Positions 9,964 through 19,265 of a stretch of DNA of 64,000 bases are shown piece after piece (position 1 is the stretch's first letter; every line of letters begins with the position of its first letter). Origin of the DNA: Candidatus Woesearchaeota archaeon (GTDB lineage: Archaea; Nanobdellota; Nanobdellia; Woesearchaeales; JAGVYF01). The stretch covers positions 65,599 to 129,598 of the forward strand of contig JBAZLJ010000002.1 of the NCBI GenBank assembly GCA_041650315.1. Direction: 5' to 3'. The notes under the pieces are model-generated. The model worked only from the letters and a program-made list of their open reading frames with translations. It ran no database searches and had not been told where the DNA came from. The translations under genes and the position numbers were made by a program.

Positions 9964-10030
9964 TAGTAATAACAAAACAAAAAGTTTATATACGTTTTAA
10001 AGTATAATAATCACAGAGGTATAGATAATA

Positions 10031-10588
10031 ATGGATGAAAACCTAGTCGATCTCATTCTACAGATGAAAAATAGTAGCTATACTAACGACCAAATCATAC
10101 AGCAGCTACAGAATCAAGGCTATAATAGTCAAGACATATATGATGCTATGACTACCGCTGATATGAGAACTGGTCAGCCTATCATGGAAGAAGGACAGAT
10201 GTTCCAAGGCACTCAAAGTTATGATATCGCACAAGCGCCTGTAGAAAATCTTCAGATGTCATCTGTCCGTGATGAGATTGAAGCGACAGCTGAATCCATA
10301 ATCGAAGAGAAGTGGGCAGAATTCGAAGATTCTGTCAAACGTATACTTGACTGGAAAGCTGAAGTAGAAACTAAAATAGAAAGCTTCACTAAAGAATTAG
10401 ATGATCTTAAACTTGACATATCAAACCTGCAGAAGGGCATATTCGGTAAAATGAACGAATATGATAAAAGCATAATGAATGTCGGCACTGATATAAAATC
10501 AATGGAAAAAGTATTCAAAGAAATATTGCCTGCATTCACAGAGAATGTGCAAGAGTTAGGAAGATTAACCGGCAAAACGAAGAAATAG
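10031..10588 (+). CDS. hypothetical acidic coiled-coil protein
   Basis: ORF only. Confidence 0.35.
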   Translation: MDENLVDLILQMKNSSYTNDQIIQQLQNQGYNSQDIYDAMTTADMRTGQPIMEEGQMFQGTQSYDIAQAPVENLQMSSVRDEIEATAESIIEEKWAEFEDSVKRILDWKAEVETKIESFTKELDDLKLDISNLQKGIFGKMNEYDKSIMNVGTDIKSMEKVFKEILPAFTENVQELGRLTGKTKK

Positions 10589-10637
10589 ATTTTTCTAAAT
10601 ATTTTTAATTTTAAACTAAAAAATAGAAATAATAATC

Positions 10638-11252
10638 TTATTTCTTAGGCAGTATAACATCGCCAGCAAGAAGCTTTATCGTGAATGCCGCGATTATCAG
10701 CACCAGAAGCATGCCGAGCACCTTTGGATGGAATATTGTCGCTGCGAAATTGACTTCTCCGCTTGCTGTAGCAACTCCATATTCATCAGTGTAATTTGCC
10801 GCTGTCGATGGTGTTATTATCGGCAGGACTGTGCCGGATGAACCGACATAGACTGAAGAGCCGCCGAAAAATACTTTACCGATAGCTCCTGCTAAGATAA
10901 TTATCGAAATGACAAGGATCCAATAGGTAAGGAAACGCGCATCATCAGATGTCTCGAATGCTCTTGTGATTGCTCCTTCAGATACTCCGAAGAATTTCAG
11001 GAATATCAAGAAAAACATTGCGAATATCAACATCATCGCGAACCATGGCGACATATATTGGATGACTGCTGTCGCTTGAGGTGAAAGCACAGTTAATAGC
11101 GCTACTACCAACGCGATTATTGAATGAAGACTCTGATTCTTGCCAAGCACTTCACGCCATTGCAATGCGCTGTATGTCACAGCCCAGACTAATATGAATG
11201 GAAAAAGTACCTGGACGTATTTCAGTATCCCGATATCTAGGAAGGTTGCCAT
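10638..11252 (-). CDS. small polytopic membrane protein, paralog 1 of 3
   Basis: Shares N-terminal (L/V)DxxGxxDVxLPFLLxFT and overall TM topology with the two upstream ORFs. Confidence 0.4.
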   Translation of the reverse strand: MATFLDIGILKYVQVLFPFILVWAVTYSALQWREVLGKNQSLHSIIALVVALLTVLSPQATAVIQYMSPWFAMMLIFAMFFLIFLKFFGVSEGAITRAFETSDDARFLTYWILVISIIILAGAIGKVFFGGSSVYVGSSGTVLPIITPSTAANYTDEYGVATASGEVNFAATIFHPKVLGMLLVLIIAAFTIKLLAGDVILPKK

Positions 11253-11258
11253 TTTTCT

Positions 11259-11864
11259 TTATTTCTTAGTCGTTGGTGGTTCCATCTTCTTGAAAAAATT
11301 GCTCATCAATTCTGGGAACCATTTATGGAATGGTTTATCATCCCCTTTATCTTCACTTGTGATGAACATAATCATTAGGACGAATATCGCTACCATGACA
11401 ATCAATGCCTGCGTATCCTGATTCAGCCAGTAGAACATTGACGTATTGAACCAGCCTGCTGATGAACCGAAGATGTATCCTACGATTAGTAGACATGTGA
11501 TCGCAAGCATTCCGCCATAGGCAGTATTTGCATATTCTGTGAATTGTATTCCGAAGATTGATAATAGTATGAGCATGCTAAACACAACTATCAATGCCAA
11601 TCCTATGTAGGGCATTGAATTATTGATTATATCAACAACATCTGCATTGAATCCATAATAGCTATAGTTTCCGCCTGTCACGTGCGGGAATATGACTGCC
11701 AATGAGATAGCTAAAGATAGAGTCATAGCAATAGATTTCTTGTTGAACATTGGTATGTTTCTTATTACAACATAAGAAACTGTGAATATTAAAAGGAAAG
11801 GAAGTACTACATCTTGAACACCGAGAGTGTCCAATGCCCTGATTGCGTTATCAAAAAAAGTCAT
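11259..11864 (-). CDS. small polytopic membrane protein, paralog 2 of 3
   Basis: MTFFDNAIRALDTLGVQDVVLPFLLIFT..., paralogous to its neighbours. Confidence 0.4.
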   Translation of the reverse strand: MTFFDNAIRALDTLGVQDVVLPFLLIFTVSYVVIRNIPMFNKKSIAMTLSLAISLAVIFPHVTGGNYSYYGFNADVVDIINNSMPYIGLALIVVFSMLILLSIFGIQFTEYANTAYGGMLAITCLLIVGYIFGSSAGWFNTSMFYWLNQDTQALIVMVAIFVLMIMFITSEDKGDDKPFHKWFPELMSNFFKKMEPPTTKK

Positions 11865-11874
11865 TTTGTATCAC

Positions 11875-12462
11875 CTATTCTTTCTTCGGAGCTTCCGGTG
11901 TTTTTGGAGTCGGCTCGTATGTTATCCCATACATGAATAATGCTATCATTCCTATCAATATGATGCTGCCCACCCATTCGCTGTCCCAATTATCTGACAT
12001 GTAATCATAGAACCAATCAAGCATTGACTGATCCCCATAAGGTATTGCATGGAAGAAAATCAACAGGACGCCTAGGATGGTGAATATCGTGAAAAAGTAC
12101 ATCGACCAAGATTTAGGATCGAATTTGAATTCTCCTGTGCCGTAAAATATGCCCAAGAGCATCAATGTGCTGACACCGACTAATGCTAGCACAACAACAT
12201 TGCCCATTGCTTCATTGATTAATGAAACTAACTGAGCAGATGCTATTACGAAAAATGCTATGACGAATGCTACTATTGAATTAAGGTTCTTCTTAGTGAA
12301 CTTTGTCTTGCCGTCAGATGCAGTATCTTCGCCTAAGACTCTGGTCTTTTCCAGTATGGCGAACATTATAGTGAAAACAAGCAAGAACGGAAGAATCACA
12401 TCATAAACTCCAATCTTATCTAAAAAGATTATGACGTTCCCTAGCACCGTCTCTTTTACCAT
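11875..12462 (-). CDS. small polytopic membrane protein, paralog 3 of 3
   Basis: LDKIGVYDVILPFLLVFT..., paralogous to its neighbours. Confidence 0.4.
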   Translation of the reverse strand: MVKETVLGNVIIFLDKIGVYDVILPFLLVFTIMFAILEKTRVLGEDTASDGKTKFTKKNLNSIVAFVIAFFVIASAQLVSLINEAMGNVVVLALVGVSTLMLLGIFYGTGEFKFDPKSWSMYFFTIFTILGVLLIFFHAIPYGDQSMLDWFYDYMSDNWDSEWVGSIILIGMIALFMYGITYEPTPKTPEAPKKE

Positions 12463-12568
12463 ATAGCTATTTTATAGGATATATTATTTATAAACCTTTG
12501 GTTTTTGATTTCTGAGTATATTATAACCCATATCGTAAGTATACTACATAGTTAATGTAGAATTTAGT

Positions 12569-12672
12569 CTGCAACGGATAAATTTTCTACTTTCCTTTGC
12601 TATGATAGCCATTCCCGGGACTGGTTCCTTGGCTATTCTCTTCTTTTGCTACAAAATTTATAGTTGTTGCAG
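12569..12672. repeat. family B inverted-repeat-bounded element (MITE-like or structured RNA), copy 1
   Basis: About 85% identical to 56727-56831. Terminal inverted repeat ctgcaac...gttgcag, extended by taaatttt/aaaattta. Central hairpin atagcca-ttcccgggactggttcc-tggctat. Confidence 0.4.
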
Positions 12673-12721
12673 ACCAATATGGTACAAACATTTATAAATT
12701 AACTTCTACGAACTATATATT

Positions 12722-13297
12722 ATGATAAATGAAAAAGATTTCAAAGAAATGAAGGACGAAATGCTCAAATTCGATTCTCATAGAGAATTGCTTATCAAAA
12801 AGTCAAGAGACGTACTTAAGCTGTCAAAGCAAGTCATATATGCAGTACATAGAGTTGATATGAAGGATGCTGAAAAACTCACTAAAGTTATGATTGCAGA
12901 ACTTGATGAACTCAATCAATATATCAAGAAGAACCCTAAGATGTACCACCAAGGGTCATACAAAGTGTCTGTCCAAGAGTATGTGGAAGCTATGCTATTC
13001 TATGGTTTTGTCAAAGAAAACAGGTTGATGACAAGGAAAGAGCTCAATGTTGATGCAGATTATTACTTACTTGGTCTGGCTGACTTGTCCGGCGAATTGG
13101 TGAGAAAAGCGATACTTGACGCTACCAACAAGAACTATGAAAGCCCTAAACAGATCAGGGAGATAGTGGCTCAGATATACCAATGGCTGCTTGAATTCGA
13201 TATCCGTGACGGCGAATTGCGCAAGAAGTTTGACGGAATCAAGTACGATCTCAAAAAGCTTGAAGATTTGTGCTTCCAGCTGAGTATGGTTCATTAA
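12722..13297 (+). CDS. translin-family protein
   Basis: All-alpha protein of about 190 aa with the YLLGLADLSGELVR motif characteristic of translin/TRAX. Confidence 0.55.
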   Translation: MINEKDFKEMKDEMLKFDSHRELLIKKSRDVLKLSKQVIYAVHRVDMKDAEKLTKVMIAELDELNQYIKKNPKMYHQGSYKVSVQEYVEAMLFYGFVKENRLMTRKELNVDADYYLLGLADLSGELVRKAILDATNKNYESPKQIREIVAQIYQWLLEFDIRDGELRKKFDGIKYDLKKLEDLCFQLSMVH

Positions 13298-13343
13298 GTT
13301 CAACTTTTATATATTAGTTAATTATTTCCACTATAGTTTCCAT

Positions 13344-13444
13344 AGGGTCGTGGTCTAGTGGCTACGCGCTTCCGTTCAGGAACGCGCCACAGATGACGTC
13401 GGTCTCACTCACCGAAGATCAGGGGTTCGAATCCCCTCGACCCT
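13344..13444 (+). tRNA. tRNA, probably intron-containing, isotype undetermined (possibly Val, anticodon CAC)
   Basis: Perfect 7-bp acceptor stem AGGGTCG/CGACCCT. T-arm AGGGG-TTCGAAT-CCCCT. Canonical-looking anticodon hairpin TCGGT-CTCACTC-ACCGA followed by a 5-nt variable loop. About 25-30 extra nt forming the hairpin GCGCTTCC-GTTCA-GGAACGCGC suggest a non-canonically placed intron. Confidence 0.5.
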
Positions 13445-13548
13445 ATTTTCTTTTATTTCTTCGTATGACTTTGCGTAGCAAATGTCATACTTGCGTTGTT
13501 TGGTCAAGCTTTTGCGTAGCGAAGCGGAGTCAAAAGGTTGGTTCCTGC

Positions 13549-13563
13549 ATCCCCTCGACCCTA
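13549..13563 (+). repeat. exact 15-bp duplicate of the 3' end of the upstream tRNA (atcccctcgacccta), an att-site-like remnant
   Basis: Identical to 13431-13445. The flanking ggttc is also shared. Confidence 0.5.
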
Positions 13564-13634
13564 CTTCTTATCATTCTTCTAAATTATATCTAAATAAGCA
13601 ATATTTAAATAGCCAGTTTTCCATAACTCTCATT

Positions 13635-14078
13635 ATGCTAATCACTACGCATATACTTGCCGGCTTAGTTGTCGGCAAATATCTCGGGCCAGAACATATG
13701 TTGCCAATATTGCTAGGATCAGTGCTAATTGATCTCGATCATATCTATGATATGGTCAAGCATGGATGGAAATATGGCATAAAGAAATCGTTCGAAATAT
13801 TGTTCATGCCATTCCCTGAAGAGAATGAACAACGTACTTTTTTCCATTCGATATTCGGTTGGATCCTGGTATCAACTATACTCTATCTAGTGGATCCAGT
13901 GTTCGGCAAATATTTCAGCATAGGCTATGCGGTGCATCTTTTATTGGATTCATTAGATACATCTGAATTGCAATTGTTCTATCCGCAGAAGTACAATGTG
14001 ACTGGGTTCATAGAATACAATTCATTGATGGAATATCTTTTCGGCATCGGATTGTTTATAATTTATTTCTTCTTTTAG
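13635..14078 (+). CDS. membrane-bound metal-dependent hydrolase-like protein (YdjM/DUF457-like)
   Basis: MLITTHILAGL... with His/Asp-rich TM segments. The upstream part of the listed ORF overlaps the tRNA region, so the ATG at 13635 is used. Confidence 0.4.
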   Translation: MLITTHILAGLVVGKYLGPEHMLPILLGSVLIDLDHIYDMVKHGWKYGIKKSFEILFMPFPEENEQRTFFHSIFGWILVSTILYLVDPVFGKYFSIGYAVHLLLDSLDTSELQLFYPQKYNVTGFIEYNSLMEYLFGIGLFIIYFFF

Positions 14079-15169
14079 ATATTCTTCCACTTTGCTACGA
14101 AATCTTTCTTGAACATAGAATAAGTGTCTTCCTTGATCGCTTCTCTGATTTTTTCTATGAATCTCTGCATGAAATAGATATTGTGATAACTTTTGAAGCG
14201 TTTGCCTGCAGGCTCTTGTATCTTAGTAAGATGATGAATGTACGCTTTTGAATAGCTCTTGCAGACATGACAATCGCAGCCTTCAACCATTGGCGAATTG
14301 TCGTTCTTGTATCTGCCTTGCGAAATATTGAGTATACCATCGAATGTGAATATCATATCATGCCTTGCATTCTTTGTTGGATAGACTGAATCGAAACAAT
14401 CTACGCCTAGCTCTATGCAATCTAATATGTCAACCGGATTGCCTACGCCCATTACGTATCTAGGTTTCTCTTTTGTTATGTATGGAATAGCTGATTCCAA
14501 TCCTAGATGCATCTGCTGTTTTGTTTCTCCGATTGCAAGACCGCCGATTGCTATTCCGTCGAATTCTAACGAACTTATGTATTCTGCGCTCTTCTTTCTC
14601 AGATCGGGTTCGAAACCGCCTTGACAGATGCCGAACAACAATTGTTTCTTATCAGTGTGATATTCTACGCATTCTTTTGCCCAACGATGAGTCTTGTTGA
14701 TTGATTCTAGAAATTCTTCTCTTGTGGCTTTCGGACCGGACATAGAATCGAGCATCATAGCGACATCGCAACCGATGTCCATCTGAATGTTCATTATCCT
14801 TTCAGGTGTAATGACATGCTTCTTGCCGTTGAACGGCGAAAGGAAGTGCAAGCCTTTGCTTGAATTGGTGAGATACATACTCCTTGATGCCTGGAATCCT
14901 CCGCAATCTGTGAAGATGCAGCCATCATAATTGATGAACTTGTGGATTCCGCCTGCGTTCTTGATAGTTTCAACGCCCGGCGCCATGGATAGCACTAAAG
15001 AATTGCAGATTATGTTTCTTGCGCCAATCTCTTTGTAATCATCAGTTGAAATGCATTTGCCTGAGCCCATTGTGGCGACTGGCATGAAGAAGGGAGTCTC
15101 AAACTTTCCTGAACGCGTTTTCAGCTCGCCTAGTCTGGCTTCTCCTGATTGATGTTTAATCTTGAACAT
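14075..15169 (-). CDS. tgt: archaeosine/queuine-type tRNA-guanine transglycosylase catalytic domain (no PUA domain)
   Basis: TIM-barrel TGT pattern and zinc site CDCHVCKSY...H. 364 aa. Confidence 0.7.
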   Translation of the reverse strand: MFKIKHQSGEARLGELKTRSGKFETPFFMPVATMGSGKCISTDDYKEIGARNIICNSLVLSMAPGVETIKNAGGIHKFINYDGCIFTDCGGFQASRSMYLTNSSKGLHFLSPFNGKKHVITPERIMNIQMDIGCDVAMMLDSMSGPKATREEFLESINKTHRWAKECVEYHTDKKQLLFGICQGGFEPDLRKKSAEYISSLEFDGIAIGGLAIGETKQQMHLGLESAIPYITKEKPRYVMGVGNPVDILDCIELGVDCFDSVYPTKNARHDMIFTFDGILNISQGRYKNDNSPMVEGCDCHVCKSYSKAYIHHLTKIQEPAGKRFKSYHNIYFMQRFIEKIREAIKEDTYSMFKKDFVAKWKNI

Positions 15170-15201
15170 ATATAATAGAATTATAGTGTCGGTTTTAAAT
15201 G

Positions 15202-15540
15202 TTATGCTTCTTCATGAACGTAATCTTTGCCGAAATTGTTCCGGTATAGAGAATTCATCTCCCTCTGCATCTTATACATCTTATACTTCTCGCAATATTT
15301 CGTAAGCCACCACATGCATTGGTCAGCCAATTCTTGATCCTTCTCATGACAATATTTAGTAAACCCTGCTATGAATTCACCTATCTCTTTTTCCAACTTA
15401 GAATCTTCCAAAATAGCATCAAGATCCAAAGGCTCCGCGAGCTTGAGATTATTCCTCACTGCAGCACGGACTCTATGATATTTCTTTTTCAGCGACTCTT
15501 CTTGGATATCTGATATCTTGATAGGTTTGCGCTCTACCAT
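15202..15540 (-). CDS. hypothetical protein
   Basis: ORF overlapping the mre11 start; no motif recognised. Confidence 0.3.
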   Translation of the reverse strand: MVERKPIKISDIQEESLKKKYHRVRAAVRNNLKLAEPLDLDAILEDSKLEKEIGEFIAGFTKYCHEKDQELADQCMWWLTKYCEKYKMYKMQREMNSLYRNNFGKDYVHEEA

Positions 15541-16742
15541 ATTACACCTGAAAGCTCCTGCTTAAGCTTTGATTCGAAGTCAAGAACCCTTTCTTCTTCG
15601 GCTTTCTCCATTGACAATGTTTTTAATAATGAATTGATCAAACCTTTCTCTTTGATTGTGTCCATATCGGGAATTTTTATCTTGCCGATGTGCTGGTCGA
15701 TGAGTTCATTCTCGATCGATTCGACGTTATCGACATTGACTTTTATCTCTTCGAATTCTGTTGTAGTTATTCCGGACGTGTTCTTCATCACGAAATATGC
15801 GGACTTTTCATACAATGTCTGGAAAATGCCGTTGAAATCAATATCCGAAATCCTACCGGATTCCAATTTGCCGTAGACTCTTAATGTGACTATTGTGTTG
15901 TTGAATTCTTTAGTACCAATCTTTGAAAGAATCATCTCATGCACTTGCTGCGGAGTCTTGTGCTGGCAATCTAGATCAAGACTAAATGTGTTGTATACTG
16001 ATACCGGAATCCATTCTACTTTATCGTTATCGATTATGTAGAATCCACCATTGCCGTACTTTTCCAGTTCGGCAAAATTAGCCGGGAATAGTGCGCCGGG
16101 ATAAGTGATCATGCCGTAATCAGGCTCTTGCTTCTGGAAGATGTAATGGACGTGCCCGCCGGCGTAGTAATTGAAGTTCTTGGGTAATAATGATAACGGC
16201 TGCGCTTCCATGTGCTCCATATCGTTCGGCTTGAATTCAGACAATGCTGTGTGGAACATGAATATCTTGTAACCAGGTTCTTGCTCTAGGTTTTCGTGCA
16301 TTAAATTTTCGTAATAAATCTTATCGAGCATGCCTTTCTTGCCTAGCAATCCTGTGATCTTCGCGCCGGTCTTCTTGTCGATCGTGAAATTCAGCTTTAG
16401 CTTGCCTTCTACGATTTCGCCTTTGACTACATTTGTTAGAAGTCCTGCATTCTCTAGAACGTCAAGCATTGTCTTGCCGGATGGCGAGAAGTCATGGCTG
16501 CCCGGGATGATGTAGACCGGAATGTTATTTTCGCTCAACGACTTCAGTTTGGTCACGACTTCCTTGAGAAGGTCAATGCTAGGCAATGATGTGTTGAACA
16601 GATCGCCTGCGATAAGAACGAAGTCTACCTTTCTCTCTATACACTGCTCTATCGCTTTGCTGAACACTTTCGTGCTTATGTCCTTCAGCTTGTCATCTCT
16701 CCAGGAACCGATGTGGCAGTCTGCGAGATGCGCGAATTTCAT
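15534..16742 (-). CDS. mre11: Mre11 DNA double-strand-break repair nuclease
   Basis: Calcineurin-like phosphoesterase motifs HLADCHIG, GDLFN, GSHD and GGHVH. Confidence 0.75.
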   Translation of the reverse strand: MKFAHLADCHIGSWRDDKLKDISTKVFSKAIEQCIERKVDFVLIAGDLFNTSLPSIDLLKEVVTKLKSLSENNIPVYIIPGSHDFSPSGKTMLDVLENAGLLTNVVKGEIVEGKLKLNFTIDKKTGAKITGLLGKKGMLDKIYYENLMHENLEQEPGYKIFMFHTALSEFKPNDMEHMEAQPLSLLPKNFNYYAGGHVHYIFQKQEPDYGMITYPGALFPANFAELEKYGNGGFYIIDNDKVEWIPVSVYNTFSLDLDCQHKTPQQVHEMILSKIGTKEFNNTIVTLRVYGKLESGRISDIDFNGIFQTLYEKSAYFVMKNTSGITTTEFEEIKVNVDNVESIENELIDQHIGKIKIPDMDTIKEKGLINSLLKTLSMEKAEEERVLDFESKLKQELSGVIW

Positions 16743-16797
16743 TGAGATTGTGATGCCTGATGGAATTATAAAGATATGTTTAGGAGAAAATATAGGT

Positions 16798-18321
16798 CTA
16801 TAGTTTAATTCCGCCGAAACTAAGATTGCTCTGCCCCTTTTTCTGCAAAATAGATTTGTCGAACAACGGAATCTTCACAGGAATTGCGAATTTCGAGAAG
16901 TTGGATGAGATGATGGCTTCGCCTTTATCTAAAGATGCAATCGTCCTGTTCGCCGCGCTCAAGTCCTGGCTTGCGCTGTCGATTATCGCCTGCCTCTCTG
17001 CAGCCATCTCTATGCCGAGGATTATCTTCGTGTTCATGTTCGCCAAAATCTGCCTTGGTATGAGCGAAGGAAGCTGAGTTATGGCTGTAAGACCAATGCG
17101 GAACTTACGTCCCTCTCTGGCGATTGTCGCGAATATGTTCGGGCCTTCTTCTAGAACTTCTTTACCAAGCACTCTCGGCGCTTCTTCTAGAACTATAGAA
17201 ATCACCGGCTTTTCACTTAACCTACCTTGCGACTTATATTTCTTATACCTGTTGAATATCTCTGAAGTGATGAGCGATCCAATCAATATCTCTACTGCGC
17301 CTGAGAATGAGGAAGTGTCTATCACCACTTTCTTCCCCGTCTCGAGCTCGCTGCAGATATCGCTGACTATCATCTCGCCAGCGTTCAGAGTAAATACACC
17401 ATTGCAGAATAATTGATTCTCAGCAAATTCCAGATCCAATACATTGAGCAATCTCCTCTTTATCACTGCCAATGTCGCCTCATAGAAATCCACTTCCAGA
17501 GGCTTGTCCAATATTATCGATTGAATCCAAGTATCGCCATATCTTTTGTAATATGAAGCCAATGCCTGTTTCTGCGCGTCTGAAAAAGTTATCGCGCCAT
17601 CGAAATGATGCGGTTTAAGAGTTCTTAGATTAATCTTCAATGTGCTGCATCCAACAGGCACTTCATTGTGAGTATAATATCTTACGTTCTCTTTCATCGG
17701 ATGGTCTTTCAGTCCGAACTTGGTCCTTCCGTAATATTCGTCATGCGGGTCGAGTACAAGGATTCCGCAGTAGTCCTTGTCGATTGTGTTCCATAATAGG
17801 TTCGACATCAAAACAGATTTGCCTCTGCCGGTCGTTCCTGCAATCATTATGTGATGACTGAACACTTGGTCGCCTGGAAGGTTTACGTCAACGTCAAGCA
17901 TCTTCGAGCCGGAACGGATCTTGCCGAAGCACATTGAATTATCCGGTTTCGATAGGAATGTGAGATCTTCTTTTGTGAGCTCTCTTGCTTCGGAGAAAAA
18001 TGCAGGCAATGTTTTGCACAAGACTGCGTTGTTGTTGCTGACTTGAAGAACTGGTTTGAGGATTGCTAATGTGTACGTTCTGAGTTCTGGATCCAATAAT
18101 TCTAGGTCTTCGTTTATGTCCTGCTCCAGTTTTATGCCGGACATCAGCTCGAGATTCTGCTGCGATATCTGGCTGCCGAACACTAAATCAATGACTTCGA
18201 GAATTATCTTCTGATTTGAATCTTCTGTGACAAGCAGTTCACCAATCTCGACCGGCTTGCCGGATTTCTGTCTCGCGACTATACGACCGAGCTCGCCTGA
18301 TATGATTAACGCTTTTGTCAT
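16798..18321 (-). CDS. herA: HerA-type hexameric DNA helicase/translocase
   Basis: Walker A GTTGRGKS and FtsK/HerA fold pattern. 507 aa. Lies immediately upstream of mre11. Confidence 0.7.
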   Translation of the reverse strand: MTKALIISGELGRIVARQKSGKPVEIGELLVTEDSNQKIILEVIDLVFGSQISQQNLELMSGIKLEQDINEDLELLDPELRTYTLAILKPVLQVSNNNAVLCKTLPAFFSEARELTKEDLTFLSKPDNSMCFGKIRSGSKMLDVDVNLPGDQVFSHHIMIAGTTGRGKSVLMSNLLWNTIDKDYCGILVLDPHDEYYGRTKFGLKDHPMKENVRYYTHNEVPVGCSTLKINLRTLKPHHFDGAITFSDAQKQALASYYKRYGDTWIQSIILDKPLEVDFYEATLAVIKRRLLNVLDLEFAENQLFCNGVFTLNAGEMIVSDICSELETGKKVVIDTSSFSGAVEILIGSLITSEIFNRYKKYKSQGRLSEKPVISIVLEEAPRVLGKEVLEEGPNIFATIAREGRKFRIGLTAITQLPSLIPRQILANMNTKIILGIEMAAERQAIIDSASQDLSAANRTIASLDKGEAIISSNFSKFAIPVKIPLFDKSILQKKGQSNLSFGGIKL

Positions 18322-18391
18322 CGGATGTTTGATTGGTCAATCTGTTTTTAAGCATTTATGCTGGTCTGATTTATAGTATCTAAAACTACGT

Positions 18392-18511
18392 TTAAGTTAG
18401 CATCAGGTTCGACTTGTACTTCTAATTGTATATAACTGACATTTCCCGTAGGGACAACCCCCTTGTCAGTTCTAAATATAGCATGATAAGTCTCACAAGT
18501 GATGCTAACTG
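18392..18511. ncRNA. family A structured element, copy 3 (divergent core)
   Basis: Same terminal stem as copy 2 (aagttagcatc/gatgctaact). Core has a shortened hairpin cccgtaggg and the conserved ccaac.cccttg and atgataa..ctcacaag blocks. Confidence 0.35.
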
Positions 18512-18554
18512 ACTAACAGCAATTTATTTAAATGAGCAACCCAAAAAGAACAAT

Positions 18555-18875
18555 ATGCACGAGCTTTTCGCAGTACAGAAGCTGATAGAAGAGGCAAAGA
18601 AACAGGGCGAAGTAGTCGAAATCAGGTTAGAGCTTGGCGAACTTGCGCCTGTGGAAGACCATGATTTGCTTAAAGTTTTTAAAAACTTGACCGAATGGAA
18701 AGTCAAGATTGTGCCGTTGAAAGCGAAAGTCAAATGCGAGTGCGGTTATGAAGGCGAGCCGAAAATAGTAGATAGGACTCACGATTCTGTAGTATATGTC
18801 TGCCCGAAATGTGGAAAGAAGCCAAAGATAGAAGAGGGCGACGAGATAATACTTTCTGAAGTTGTTGTCAAATGA
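18555..18875 (+). CDS. hypA: hydrogenase nickel-insertion protein HypA
   Basis: MHELF... N-terminus and two CxxC pairs (CECG...CPKCG). 106 aa. Confidence 0.7.
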   Translation: MHELFAVQKLIEEAKKQGEVVEIRLELGELAPVEDHDLLKVFKNLTEWKVKIVPLKAKVKCECGYEGEPKIVDRTHDSVVYVCPKCGKKPKIEEGDEIILSEVVVK

Positions 18876-19192
18876 TAACAGTGTATTGTTTCGGCAATGA
18901 ATACATTTCTAATGATAAGCTGGCTAAGGAAATAGCTGGCAAACTTTCTGTTCCGGATGTTGAATTCGTACTTTGCGATGGGATTGAAGACATATTTGAA
19001 GTCCAAGGAACAATCTACATAATGGATGTCGTCAAAAACTTGCGCGAAGTCACTATACTCCACGGAATGGAATACTTCAAAGTGAATCCTTCTGTGTCCT
19101 GCCATGATTTCGATCTAGGGTATTTCCTGAAGCTGTTCCAGAAGATGGGCAGGATAGGCGATGTTGTTGTTATCGGTCTTCCTATGCAATAA
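18872..19192 (+). CDS. [NiFe]-hydrogenase maturation endopeptidase (HycI/FrhD-like)
   Basis: Aligns by eye to HycI: VYCFGNEYISND / LCDG / IYIMDV / SCHDFDLGYFL / VVVIGLP. Lies next to hypA and the hydrogenase genes. Confidence 0.55.
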   Translation: MITVYCFGNEYISNDKLAKEIAGKLSVPDVEFVLCDGIEDIFEVQGTIYIMDVVKNLREVTILHGMEYFKVNPSVSCHDFDLGYFLKLFQKMGRIGDVVVIGLPMQ

Positions 19193-19265
19193 GTTCTGCG
19201 ATATATATTTTGAGACCTAAAGATAATTATATATAATATTATATTAAGGTCGCATACGTAAGAAA

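Noticed and set aside
13393-13593. 66-aa ORF
   Set aside because: Lies across the tRNA and its duplicated 3' end; spurious.
15202-15540. Possible rad50
   Set aside because: Only 112 aa, with no Walker or zinc-hook motifs, so not Rad50.
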